Positions 24,991 to 37,360 of a stretch of DNA of 64,000 nucleotides are shown piece by piece; within the stretch, counting starts at the first letter, position 1, and each line of letters starts with the position of its first letter. The position numbers and the translations under genes were made by a program. Origin of the DNA: Lama guanicoe (Eukaryota); the NCBI GenBank assembly GCA_013239625.1, contig MU054323.1:19052819-19116818 (forward strand), in the 5' to 3' direction. The notes under the pieces are model-generated. The model ran no database searches. It was not told the origin of the DNA and was given only the letters and a program-made list of their open reading frames with translations.

Positions 24991-27689
24991 TTGTTCTCCC
25001 ATGCTTATTCTTACCTATGTCTATTTTATCTTTTTTTTCTCTCTCAAATTTCTTTTGATTCATCCATCTTTCTTTTTCCTCTGTTCTCCATTATCAACTG
25101 GTATTTTCATGACAAACCACTAGATAGATTTGGTGATTCAGACATTTATATGATAGTTATTAGTTTATAGCTTTTATTAAAGTCATCAGACTGAATAAGA
25201 TTGCCTGTGTAAAAAAAAATAGAGAAGATAATTTAGAATCTATTCCTGTCTGTGTGATGTTTGAATTAATATGTTTTTATGTAAATGATTTCACATATAT
25301 TTGCATCCAAGATAACTTGAGTTGTATATGCTGATCCCCTTTTTAAGCCTGAGTAATCTTTAAGTACCAGGACTATGGCTTCTTCACCATCGGTCATCCC
25401 GTACAGAGTATATAGTTAATGAGGAAGTTGATGATGAATGGTGACTGTAGCGTAGAAGATAAGGGTGTGGGTAAGAAGTTGAAAAGATACAACCCCACCT
25501 CATCATTATTTTATTTTGCAGTCAGTTTGAATGATTGCATTCCTAGTCTACCAGAATAATGATTTGCTTTACCCTTACTGAGAAACAAAGTTGAATTCCA
25601 AATTAACAAAATAAATATTTAGATGGACTTCTTAGTTGGTTATGTATCTTCAAAACATTAAGGCTTCCATGTGTATAAGTTTGCTGTAACCAGAACACAG
25701 GCTTATTTGTATACAGTACTATGAAACAGTTCACTTGAATTTTATGGAAAATGGTTATCTAAATTGTCTATGGCTTTTGGATGGTATAGTAAGCTGAAGA
25801 ATAAATCTACTTGATCTTATGGATGCTCTGTAATGGCAAAACCAAGTGTGCACTTTAACATAGAAAGTCATTTTTTAAATTTAATTGTTACTAAAAATTT
25901 CCAGTCTTGCCTAGATGTCCTAATTTGTTTGGTGAATGCTTTGATAATTCTATAAAGAGGCTAAGAAGCATGGAGTCTGCTGGAACCTTGGATTATGAGA
26001 ACCTGGTCGAGTTCTTTTGGGTTAAAAAGGGAAGAGATGCCTTCCTTTCAGAAAAAAGAAGGGAAGGACTAGCAGACACGAACAGTTGATGTTGGGGTCA
26101 TGTATATGGGAAATACAAAGAAGCAGTTTTATATTGTCAATTAAATCATTTGCTGTTTAGTGTACAACATAAACATCTGTTTTTGTTCTATGAAGCATTT
26201 AGTAAAGTCAACATGGTTCAGGAGATATTTGTTCCTTAGAATATGATGAATTTCAAGGTCTAGATTGTGTTGGGGTGAGACAAATCCAAAGGCTCTCCAA
26301 AGGGACACAGATTTCACAGAAACACTGAAGACTTAGGTACTCTATATACCACCAGAAAGTTTTGGATAAGTTACTAATATATCAAAATTTTGTGTGGCTT
26401 TTTTATACTAATATGGAAAGTCTCCTATACTGTAGTCTGTAGGGCTTTTCAAATAACATCCTTGGATAGTCTATTTTATTATTTCAACCAGCAACGTAGA
26501 TTTAGGCAAAAACTTTTGCTACTTTATCTCCTAGGACTATTTTGAAGACTATATTTGTAAAGTTATTTCAAAATGTTTCTAGAAGTATCTTGGAATTTGT
26601 ATAGCTCAGGGCCTAAGGTCATATTAATATGTGACAGTTTCACTTACGTTTTTTAGATGGGTCCCATTTTTCAGTGACGGCACCTAATGTTTCTATAAGT
26701 TGACAGAGTTCAGAAAGATAAAGGTTGTTCTCCAAAGAACAGAAAAAAATTGGCTAATAGAAAAGTGAAATTGTTTCTTAGAAGTGGACTCCCTGTTGAT
26801 AAGCTGGAATGGACTGTGAAGTTGTCAGAGCCTTTTTAGATGAATGAAAAAACATTTCAATGCTTTCAGATAAAGGGGAATGAAAGGCAACCTCCTATAA
26901 GAATTTTTAAGCAAGAGTAGAATGGCATAATGAATTTAATTCCTATTCGTTCCTGCATTTGGTTTAGGTTTGAGAAATACGTAATAATGATCTCTGGTGC
27001 TTGATGACGTACTAATAAATATGATCCTCATAGGTAAAGTGGAAAATTAGTTATCTCTAGAGTAAAGAATGGCTGAGGGAAAAACTCAACATTTGGATCT
27101 GTATTAAAATCAACATAACAATGCTAATATGCCAAAAATAGAAATTGTTTTAATTGTATTCAATTTTATTTTATTTTAAAAACTGAATAATTGAATAGCC
27201 TGTGCTCTCTCCCCATGAGTCATTTTATCTGAAAATGTTGGCATTTTTTCTTTCAGCGATGTATGATGGACTCAGATTTTATGTTAGGCCAAAGAATGGA
27301 CTGGCTAGCTAATGTCTTGATAAGCAGGATACAGATTTTTCAGTAGCAAATACTTGGAATACAGACTGTCTAGATGAAATTGACAGTGGTGAGGGATGGA
27401 AGCATCATCTAATTTTGAGTTAAACATAACTTTTAAAATTGAGGTATCAACAGATAGCACTGCATCTACTCTTGGAATTATCTCTACCGTATAGTTGCTA
27501 ATCTCTCTCCATTGTACCTTATTCCAACTCTGCTGATGAGGCCCAGCAACTTTTATCAGTTCTCTTGTGAAAACTAAACTATATGCTTAAATGACAAAAT
27601 GCTTTTTTATCAAAATACTAATATCTATCTGGTTAACTCATTTTCTCAAAGGTTTTTCCCAAAAGTTATCTCATATTTGTTTTTTTCCC

Positions 27690-27820
27690 CCCTAACTAGA
27701 GAAGAGGAAACTAAAGCTGATAAACACCAAGTGACCTGCCCTAGATCACAAAACTGCCAAGTAGATGAGTCAGCCACTTAAGAAGGCATAACTCCAAGTT
27801 CTGTGTCCATTTCATTATGT
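27690..27820 (-). mobile_element. MIR remnant
   Basis: 'gaggaaactaaagct...aagtgacctgccctagatcaca'. Confidence 0.7.
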
Positions 27821-28273
27821 TGAACTGGACATAATGAACAAGACAATGGTGTGGCATATGGAGAGCTGGGAATCCCATAGTTAGAAGATGAATTCATTGT
27901 TGGGGTCTCCCTCCAGGTACTCAGTCTCTAACCTAAAGTCATTGAAAGATTAATGTAGGAATGGGTGCATACAGTTGGCTATGCTGCAAGGTCATCAGGA
28001 TAAGTGCCTTAAGATGACATAAAAGCGATTTAAAAGCTCTCTGAGAAAAGGAGGAGGGACTGAGCTCCCTATAATTATCTGGGACCACTGTAAGATGAGC
28101 AGATATTTTAACAGGTTAGAATGTATGGGAAGGCCATTCTAGGCTTTTAGTTATCACATAAGAGATAAGGTCTTGAATGGTAATTTGTGGCAAAAGTGGG
28201 AAGAGTCATACCTCATGGTGACACACTGTAGAGCCAGTAGTGGCAGAAATAATGCCTCTCTCAAGAATAGCCT

Positions 28274-28841
28274 TTATTAGTTTTCTGTTGACGTGTGGAA
28301 AATGACCACAAAATTCACAACTTAAAACAATACCTACGTATTCACAGTCCTGTAGGCCGGAAGTACAGGTATAGTTTATTGGGTTCTCTGCTCAGAATCT
28401 GCAAGGCTAGGATCGAGATCATGGCTGGGTTGTTTTCTCATCTGGACCGTAGAGGGCTTGTGGGGGAATCTAATTTCTTGTGGTCGTAGGACTGAGGTTC
28501 CTGTTTCCTTGCTCCCGCCAGCCAAAGGCTGCTCTCAGCTCCGGGAGGCTGCCAGTATCCCTTGCTTCATGGCCCATCCATCTCCAAACCCAGCAGTGAA
28601 GAATCTCCCTCATGTCGAATCTCTCTCATTTTGAATTGTTCTTTCAAGAACTGGTCGTTTCTTTTATGAACTCACCTGATTAGGGCAATCTCCCTATTTT
28701 AAGGTCAGCCGATTGGCTGCATTATCACAACTGTCAAATCCTTTCATAGCAGCGCCTAATTTGTGTTTGAGTAACTTAGAGAATGTGGGTGTATATGAGG
28801 GAAAGCAGTCTTGAGTCCATCTTAGAATTCTGTCTACCACT
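28274..28841 (-). mobile_element. MaLR solo LTR, MLT1E-like, within L2 remnants
   Basis: 'gtcgtaggactgaggttcctgtttccttgct...ggctgctctcagctcc...ccatcttagaattctgtctaccac'. Confidence 0.85.
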
Positions 28842-29418
28842 AGGCTGCAGAAATAGAAGGAGGAAAAGAAAAAAATTAAAATAGCTTCAAAAGTTTTGGA
28901 AGCTTTGCCTTCCAGAAAAGGTAATGGTCCCTTTAATTAAGCTAGTGAGTACAGAATTTGGACCTAATTGAGATCAAGGTACTGAAGTTAATTTAGGTAA
29001 CTGAATTTGAAGTTACAGTGAGATAGGCTATTCAGTGGTGAGTTACAAGTTTCAATCTGGAATTGAGGAGGTAAGTGATGGATGTTTGTAAATCATTAGC
29101 ATTTTAAAGTTTTAATTTTTTTGTGAATGAGTTCACCTAAACAGAGAATAGTTCATAAGAATTTCAAACTACTTGGAATTTAGAAGAATTTTTCATTTCC
29201 AGTGTAAATATAGCGAGAAAAGAAGGCAAAAGAAATAGAACATGATCGTACTGTATTGAGCTTTATTAAGAATCTTAGTTTATTCATAGTCCATAAACTC
29301 CTGAGATTGAGAATATCCTGAGTTGATAAAGTGAACATAATATAAAATTAAGAGATGTTTAGAAGCTCAATGGTCTCAAAGACTGAAGGGCTGAGGACTC
29401 ATCGATAAGTTCTTAATG

Positions 29419-29820
29419 GAGTGGTTCGCAACTAGTAATTTCATCCCCCCAGGTTGGATTGCCAATTTAAATATAGGATATCCAGTTAAATTTGAGCATC
29501 AGATAAGCAGTAAATAACTTTTAAAACATAAGTATGTCCCATGAAATATTTGTGACGTATTTATACTAAAAAACTTGTTGTTTATCTGAAATTCAAATTT
29601 AACTGGGCTTCCTCTACGTTTATTTGCTAAATCTGACAGCCCTGCACCAGAGGGCATTTGGCAGTTTTGGTCATAACGCTATGAGAAGGAATGCTATTGG
29701 CATCTAGTGGGTGGAGACCAGGGATGCTGCTAAAGATTCAACAATGCACAAGGTAGCCCCCACAATCGTAGAAGAATGGTCACCTCAAATTATAAACAGA
29801 GCTGAGGTAGAGGAACCTTG
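29419..29820 (+). mobile_element. MER20 (hAT-Charlie) interrupted by MER53
   Basis: Left part 'gtggttcgcaac...ccccccagg'; right part 'ggcatttggca...tggcatctagtgggtggagaccagggatgctgctaaa...aatgcacaagg'. Confidence 0.88.
29455..29643. mobile_element. MER53 palindromic MITE (hAT)
   Basis: Perfect 14-bp inverted arms ccagttaaatttga (29482-29495) and tcaaatttaactgg (29593-29606), with central 'ataagtatgtccca'; matches the recalled MER53 consensus. Confidence 0.9.
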
Positions 29821-29829
29821 GCTCAATGT

Positions 29830-30130
29830 AACTTTTTCAGAAATGCTTTCCTGAAAAAATCTTCCTTCTTCATGCAGATCTTCATTATACCCATTTTTAC
29901 ATTTTATCCTAACCAACATTCTAGGATAGGTTTGTTCTCCTCTATATACCCTACAGAATCTTATTCTCTTTAGTAGCATGTACTTATCAGAGTTCAAAAA
30001 AATACTTAGTTGTTCAAGGACAATTTCTCCCATGAGGTTAGAAGCCCCATCGATGATATAATCCTAGTTCTTAATCCTGTACTATGGCACAAACTAGAAG
30101 TGCCGTAAATATTTATTGAATGAGTGAATG
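29830..30130 (+). mobile_element. L2 3' fragment
   Basis: Ends in the L2 tail 'taaatatttattgaatgagtgaatg'. Confidence 0.7.
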
Positions 30131-30894
30131 GACGAAGGGGAATTTAAACTCACCTGGGATGATGAGAGTGAATGAGAGTGAGAGAAATACAATGAACCAG
30201 GTGCCAAAGCTCCTCTGGAATACAGGGCAATATTTTGGAACAGGTCAATCAATAATGACATTGACAAGGAAAAAGTACAATAATTGGATTTAATGTTTCA
30301 GCAAAGGGGCTCCAACATTCTGGAAGAAAAATTACTATTAGAAAGTTTATAAAGACAATCTTGAATATAATTTTTTAAATGATGAGATCTTCTTAGTTTA
30401 AGTTAATTGAAAAGAGTTATAATGCTTCAGACTGACTTTCCATCTTCAAAGTACATTACGGAATTTTCAAATGTAATAGAACACAACACCTAGGGATTGT
30501 TTTTTTTTAAATGAATTTGTTGGGTCAGTGGCTGAAGGACCAAGCGTCCTGAAATATTACTTCAAGTAGAACATTTCACACTGCAATTCATCAGAACAAC
30601 TACTTATTCCTTAAATGCTCTTGTTATTCTAAATGTAATTTTTTTAAAACTCAGTTTTGATGCTTCTATTTATTGCTGAAAGGATCATTTCTGAGACATT
30701 CATAAGGATGTACTGGTTTATCTCATTACCAGAAGGCACCATTAAAGGAGAATTTTTAATCATTCTGTCATAAGTATATCTATTTTTCTAATTTTGCATA
30801 ATGAATAAATCAATCATTTAAATAGCACTCATTAAACAACCAGAAGTTTGTCTCTCTCTGCAGCATTAGCATAGCATAGCATTCAGATATATTA

Positions 30895-32390
30895 ATACAG
30901 TTAAGAAATATTTATTAGTACCATGTTTTTGTAGGCTCTGTCTTGGGAAGGAGTGAAGAGGGATAAAATGATAAGCAAAAATGTATATAGTTCCTACCTT
31001 CATGTAGTTCACTATCAAGCAAGGGAGCCATTTACTAAAAAGTTATAAAATAATTTAATTATAATTGTAAAATGTACACATTATGAACATACTTTGAATA
31101 TGCCTAATAACACGTGTTAGGAATAGTTATCTGTGATAGTTATCTATGCCACGTAGCAAATTACTCCAAAATATATCAGCTTAAAACACAAGTATTTATG
31201 ATCTCACAGTGAAATTTGAGAATGGCCCAGCTGTTTGATACGGGCTCAGGATGTCTCATGAGATTGCAGGCTCTGGGATTGAAGGATCTGCTTTAAAAAT
31301 GGCTTACGCACATAGCTACTGGCAAGAGGCCTCAGTTCTTCACCACACTGTCTCTGTGGGGCTGCTTGAACATTCTCATGATATGGCAGCTGGCTTCCCT
31401 TAGAATGAATGATCCAAGAGACATAACGATAAGGAAGCCACAATATTTTTTTATGATCTAGTCTCATGAGTTACTCATTACTCATAATGTCATTTCCACC
31501 ACATTCTATTTTTGAGAAATGAGTCACCAAGTTCAGCCCACTCTCAAGGGGGAAGGGGTATAATTAGGCTCCGCCTTTTGAAAAGAGAAATATTGTGTAA
31601 TTTGTGGGTATAGTTTAATATAACTGTATTTATCTTTTCTCATCTAGGGCATGAGAAAACCCTCTCCTGATAATATGACATGATGCTAAGAGTTGAAGGG
31701 TGAACAGATTTATCACCACGTAATAAGTGAAGGGAGAAAGATTAGAATAAATCCAGACACGCCGAACATGTATACATGTCCTCAGGCAGGAGAGATCACA
31801 CGACAGAAAATGGAAGAAGACTGATGTGACTGTGAAGACAATAGGAGAAGGGGAGTTATGAGTTGAGGCTGAAAGAGGAGACACTAGGCTTTACAGAGCC
31901 TGTAGCTCAGGCTAAGAATTTTACACTTCATCCTAAGGCCATGGGAAGCCCTTAAAGGACTAGTTTCAAGAAGACATGATTCAAAGGACACGGTTAAGGC
32001 AATATTTTACAAACAAAATACGGTAGGACTCTTTCTGCCCCGGGGAGAGTGTACTGAAGGGGAACAAGAATGGCTGTAGGGAAGGAAGTTAAAAGGTTGT
32101 TGTCGGGCACTGAGACTTGAACCAGGCGGTGAGAGTGGGTGTAGAAAGAGGTGGACATATTTTAAACTTACTCAGAAGGTGGGCTAGATAGGACTTAACC
32201 AACCGGGAGTGGTAAAACCAGAAGAGGTGGCTGGGAACATTGCTAATTTCCGGCTTAGGCAACAGGTGGGTGCGGATGATACCATTTACCAAGAAAAGAA
32301 AGACTTGAATAGGTTTGGGGGGCAGGGAGGAGATCACAACTGAGATAGTGATGATCTAGTGGAGTTGCCAGGAGATACAAGAAAATGATG
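30895..32390 (-). mobile_element. L2 (L2a-like) interrupted by an MLT1 LTR
   Basis: 'aatatttattagtaccatg...gttcctaccttcatgtagttcactatc' and later 'ggctaagaattttacacttcatcctaaggccatgggaagcc'. Confidence 0.75.
31135..31625 (-). mobile_element. MaLR solo LTR, MLT1F/G-like
   Basis: 'tctcatgagattgcag...aagaggcctcagttcttcaccac...ctcatgatatggcagctggcttccc...aattaggctccgccttttgaa'. Confidence 0.85.
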
Positions 32391-33709
32391 GATGTAACTT
32401 TCCCATTTCACAGAGTTTTTTATTGGCAGAACTCATATCCTTTGACATTTAGACTCGTAATATCTAGCACATTATGATTCCCTCTTTATGATTATTTTCC
32501 TATTTCTATGGATAGATAGCTTCCTCAAGTAATCTCTTTATAAATTTATTGACCCATCTTTGTATTTAAAGAGATAGCTTTTTGATATGTGTGACTGATT
32601 AAGGTAAAGGAAAAAGAAAAGACTTAAGTATAACACTTTCTTTGTGCTATGGACTGGTGTTTGCGTGTCATTTAATTGGGTCTTATCATGCAGAGAAAGT
32701 AGATCAGAAAGACAGACTTTTTGGTGGACTCCTGAACATACTCAGGTGAGTAAATTATGATCCGTCAGTGTTGCTGAATAAGGGATACTCCTTGCAGGAT
32801 GCAGGGTTGGGTGGCATTTGTGACTCACTGCCTTTAATGTTATGAAATTAGGACAAACGTAGTTAGCTAGTGAGGAGCATGAAAGTCAGGAGGAAGAATT
32901 TAGATTTGTTGACATGAGGTGTAAACAATGAATTAGGGAGGCTAATAGGGGAGAATGTTGAGGACACGTCTCGGTACGGAGAAGATGGACTTGAGGAAGT
33001 CTTCTGTGACTCTAACCTAGAGCGTAGGAGCTTTGTTAGAGGTGAGTTTTGTTACACGCAGATTGGATTCTGCAGTCCAGAGAAGTAGGTGAGCTCATTT
33101 TAGGAATCAGATAAGCCCTGATCTGAGACTTGATTGTGCAACTTGTCATGTGAGCAACCTTGGATGAACTGACCAACTTCTCCGCATCTCACGTTTTTCT
33201 TTCCTAGTGTAGGAAGAATTACCCAACGGGTGTCTGCTGTTCTGCGGTCTGCACCTCCTGCCTTCTGCAGGGTCTTTCTCGTCTCTTGCTCCACTGTTCT
33301 GTTGCTGTGGATATGCTGAGACTGTCAGGAGGGCTGAGAGACACTAGTTTGAACTGCACCTGCTAACTGTGTAGGGGAGAGAGAGATGGGACATCATCAC
33401 TGACTAGGAGACCGAGGAGAGTATAAACTGACACATAGATATTTAGAGATCAGCCAGTTGGCAAACCATGTAAACAAAGTGAAGGACAGAAGCCCACTGT
33501 AAATGGACAGGAAACCCAAAAGACCCAGTTAAAGTGAGTAGGAGTTTCCCTGAAGACTAAAAGTACTGTTAATCCATGCATACAAAATTTGTCTACAACC
33601 CAGAAGACCTATCGGCTAATAAAGACTCGAAATTTCATCCAGTCAGAGAGCATGATTGCTCAGTCTGGTTGTGGGATGGCTATCCCATTGCAGTGTCATT
33701 ATCACAGTG

Positions 33710-33960
33710 GTTTGCAGGCCATGCTCTAGAGTGGGACCACTTGGGTGCAGATACAATCCTGGATGCTTAGAACCTGCATGTCGTTGGGAAATGACTTCCA
33801 TCCCTTGTGTTTCAATGTTCTTAATCCGTAAAATGTGGATAATTACAGTACTTTTTCAAAGGGGTCTTTTGAGAATCAAGTCAAATGACACATGTCTTAG
33901 CCCGATGCTTGGCACAGCAAGTGGTCAGTAAATGTTGATGTTATCTGTTGTGATGATTAT
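33710..33960 (+). mobile_element. MIR SINE
   Basis: 'tgtttcaatgttcttaatccgtaaaatgtggataattacagtac...gcttggcacagcaagtggtcagtaaatgtt'. Confidence 0.8.
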
Positions 33961-33989
33961 CTTCAACAACATGTGGATGCCTGCACTAA

Positions 33990-34390
33990 CATACTGGCAT
34001 GTTGTACAGCAAATATTCTCACTTTAGCCTCATCTTTGGAGCAGAGCACACTTCCTTACTCCATTGACTTTGGCTTGACGGTGTTGTTTGCTTTAGTAAT
34101 AGTTATCTGAATGGCTTGATGTGCCTGTAAGCATCAGCGTGGCTCTTTTTCTAGATCTGCCTTGAGAACAACGTGCCCCCGGTAGTCCTGGCCCAAGGAG
34201 AGTACAGAGGCACCTAAAACGGATTTGAACCTAACCCAAAAACTTAAAGTAAGTCAGCCAGTTCATAGCCTACATCACAGCTGCCAAGCTGCTCCCCACA
34301 CACTAGATTATGGGGGAAAGTGCTTATATTTTAAGCCACTGAGTTTTTAGGAGTTTGGTATTCAGGATTATTGTAGCAATACCTGACTTG
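33990..34390 (+). mobile_element. MaLR LTR, MLT1I-like
   Basis: 'ccattgactttggctt...gccttgagaacaacgtgccccc...ttttaagccactgagttttt...attattgtagcaatacctgact'. Confidence 0.75.
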
Positions 34391-34769
34391 CCTTTTGCAC
34401 AACGATTTATCGTTAGTAGAGCAAGCATCAGGTATGTACCACCCATTAACCTAAACAGCCTGGAACAGGTCCACAAGCCAAGGCCAGACTAGAGGAGCCA
34501 AACTAATTGGTGTCTGAGTTTGGGGGTATTTTTTCTTGTGACAGTAGGCGACTGATACGCATACTTTGTGTCAGGCACAGGAAAGAATACAAGTCAGTTT
34601 TGCTGTGGTGTTTGCATACCAGTGATTATTTATAAATAGTCCTAAATGCAGGCCAAATGCCCTTGACCATAATGTGCTATACAAAATGATACACTTGACT
34701 TTTTCTTACCTTCCACCAAATTATGAAGCTAAAATGTAGACTCCTAAACCTGGAAAAAATTAAACCCTA

Positions 34770-34920
34770 GAATGTATTCCCAAGAAAGCAATAGAATCTC
34801 CTCCTTGAAGAGTTTGAAATACAGCATAGCCAGATTTTTGGTGAGAGTATCTGGATGTCTGCCTGTCCAAGGGCAGGGGCGTGGACCCGAAAACTGAGGT
34901 TGCTCTGCTTTGGGAGTTTT
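34770..34920 (+). mobile_element. CR1/L3 LINE 3' end
   Basis: 'agaatctcctccttgaagagtttgaaa...ctgcctgtccaagggcaggggcgtggac' resembles the CR1 tail. Confidence 0.55.
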
Positions 34921-34999
34921 ATTATTTTAAAGAATATTAGCCAGTTTGAGTTTCAAGGTAGCTAGGCACTTTCTAAAGAGTTTATGAAGGTAAAGATTT

Positions 35000-35058
35000 T
35001 ATATATGTGTGTGTACATATATATGTACACGCGCACACACACACACACACACACACGT
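35000..35058. repeat. Alternating purine-pyrimidine microsatellite (TA/TG/CG/CA)
   Basis: Directly visible; ends in a (CA)n run. Confidence 0.95.
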
Positions 35059-35799
35059 TTTCTCCTTCAAACCCCGGGCTAAGTAAATGAGGTCAGGAGC
35101 TTAGAAGGCTTTGTTTTTAAGAGTTTGAAAATGCAGTAAACAGCTTGAAGAAACAGCCAGTGCTGGGCACACAGTTTTATAGCAGCTGTATACGTTCAAG
35201 TTCTAATCAGTCAGTTATACCTGAATGATAAGTTGGTACACAGACACATTTATCCTTATCTGGCTGTTTAGTACCACTTTATTGCAAGTCTTTTTTTTTT
35301 TTTTAAGAACTCTGAAATATGAAAGTACAAGCTAGAAATCAATGAGTCATGACTTTCACTTTTGCACTTGTAGTTGGCAATCTAGGACCTCTTTTCCTAA
35401 GTACTGTTTTTAGAAGTACTAACCTTTTCTCCCCTATGTTTGAATAAATACCATGTAATTTATATATGGGGGGGATTTTTAAAATATAGAAGACCACTTT
35501 AGAAATCTTAAGGATTAATTTTAATAGTTAAAGATTGTATATTCACCATTTCGAAAGAATTGAATAATTATCTAAATTCTCTAAGTTTTTAGGTAATTTT
35601 GAGGCTATGAAAAACTTAGGTTTCCTAAAATATTAAATGAGAAAAGGGTTTGCAAATTCAAGTGTCTCCATTACCCTGAACCAAAGGAAAAGTCCTAAAG
35701 TTAATTCATGAATCTAAGTGAAAATAATTGAGGATGGGAGAGAAATTACAGCATGTCTCAACTAAAGGAATTCACATTCAAAATTTTTAAAATGGATTG

Positions 35800-37360
35800 C
35801 AAGGAATTTCTGTTCCCTAAGCTACAGAAAGCTACAAAGGGTGTTGTTCGCATCTTAACGATGAGAAAAAAGCCCAGTAAACTTTTTTTCCAAGTCATTC
35901 CTTGGAAACCATCAGAGAATTGAGACTGCAAAGCAATCTCAAAGTGAATTCAAAAGTGGGCAAGTCCCTCTGAAGAGATGAGACATGTGGACATTGTGGC
36001 ACAGACTGCACAGAACATAGGAAAAAGAGGCTCTGTCTAAAATTAAATTTTAAAAAGGTCCCAAAGACCAATCACGGACTAGGTGTCAGGCGAAAATAGA
36101 TATAAGAGGAGATCACACTCACTTGTAAGCTCTTTCTATAAACCTTTGTCAGGAGCTGAAGGGGAAGACTGAGGGCAGGACAGGAGACCAGTGAGAGCCT
36201 CTGCCCAGTGGTACAGGCATGAAGGAGGTAACTGGTGGATGCTGGAGAGTTGGCACAAGGACATGCCTACTTTTTCAAACTCTTCTCTTCAGAAGCAAAA
36301 GCTGCTATCATAGTCAGAGTGAATTATGTTTCCTAGGACTCAAAATTGATGACTAGCTTCACACGCTGGACACAGATCTTCTCAGATACATTTTCCTACT
36401 AAACTCTAAGAGAGGTTAGAAGAAAACCTTTTTACCACTGGAGGTGGGGGGGCAAGAAAGATGCTATGTAAAGGTCAGATACTACTTGGGGTGGGCTAGA
36501 AACTCCCCACCCAAGACCAATCGTCTGCCATAGGTAAGAGGGGCAGGAAGGTGGAGAAAGACTCTCCACTAAGACATAGGCATATGGTCTTCCCTTAGAC
36601 TGGGCTGGGACTAGAACAGCAGAAAACACCCATACTCCCAACATGAGCCTAGGACAAGGTACAAGCAACAGCAGGCGACCTCTGGGGAGAGAAAAAGTGC
36701 ATGAAGAGAGGTTCTTCTGTGGTGCACTAATGAAGGGACAGCTGAACAAGGAGCAGACTCTCCAACAGTTGAGCCTCAACCCTAACCACAGGGCAGTGGC
36801 AGTCGACTGCTAGAGCAATTTGAGGTCTGTGGGGCACCACTGGTAACCATAGCAACAGTAAGCCCAATGGTAATTCTTGACTAGACTGACTCAGTCCCAC
36901 TCACTGATGGCCTGACAGGAGGAGACACAAGTCCCTTTCCAGGTATAAGTACCATCTACCTCAGCCCCTCCTGTTTCACAAAAGATCCTTGACATTCCAG
37001 AAATGACACAACACATTAAAAAAAGAAGGAAAAAGCAACCTACTGTCAAGTGAAAAGCATTCAACAGAACCAGACTCAAGAGATGACCTAGATGTTGGAA
37101 CTGTAAACAGGAGCTTCGAAATAATGGTGATTGCTTTGTTGAAGGATGTAGTAGTCAAGTACATGAGCAAATGGGAGATTTAAGCAGAGAGGTGGAAACT
37201 CTCACAGATAAAAGGAAATGCTTGTCTACTATACATAAAAATCATGATTTCAGACACAAAAGTTTCTTTCGATAGGTTCATTATTAGCCTTGACACAGCC
37301 AAGGAAAGAAGAAGCAGTAAACTGGAGGTGAACAGAAACTGAAGCAGAAAGAATAAAATA
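35800..37360 (+). mobile_element. Old L1M 5'UTR and ORF1 N-terminal region
   Basis: 'aaccatcagagaattgag' 5' end; 'aacagaaccagactcaagagatgacctagatgttggaact...gacacagccaaggaaaga' matches the L1M ORF1 start. Confidence 0.75.

Noticed and set aside
32694..32751. Possible small exon ending in CAG|GTGAGT
   Set aside because: Weak acceptor; the open-frame peptides are not recognisable.
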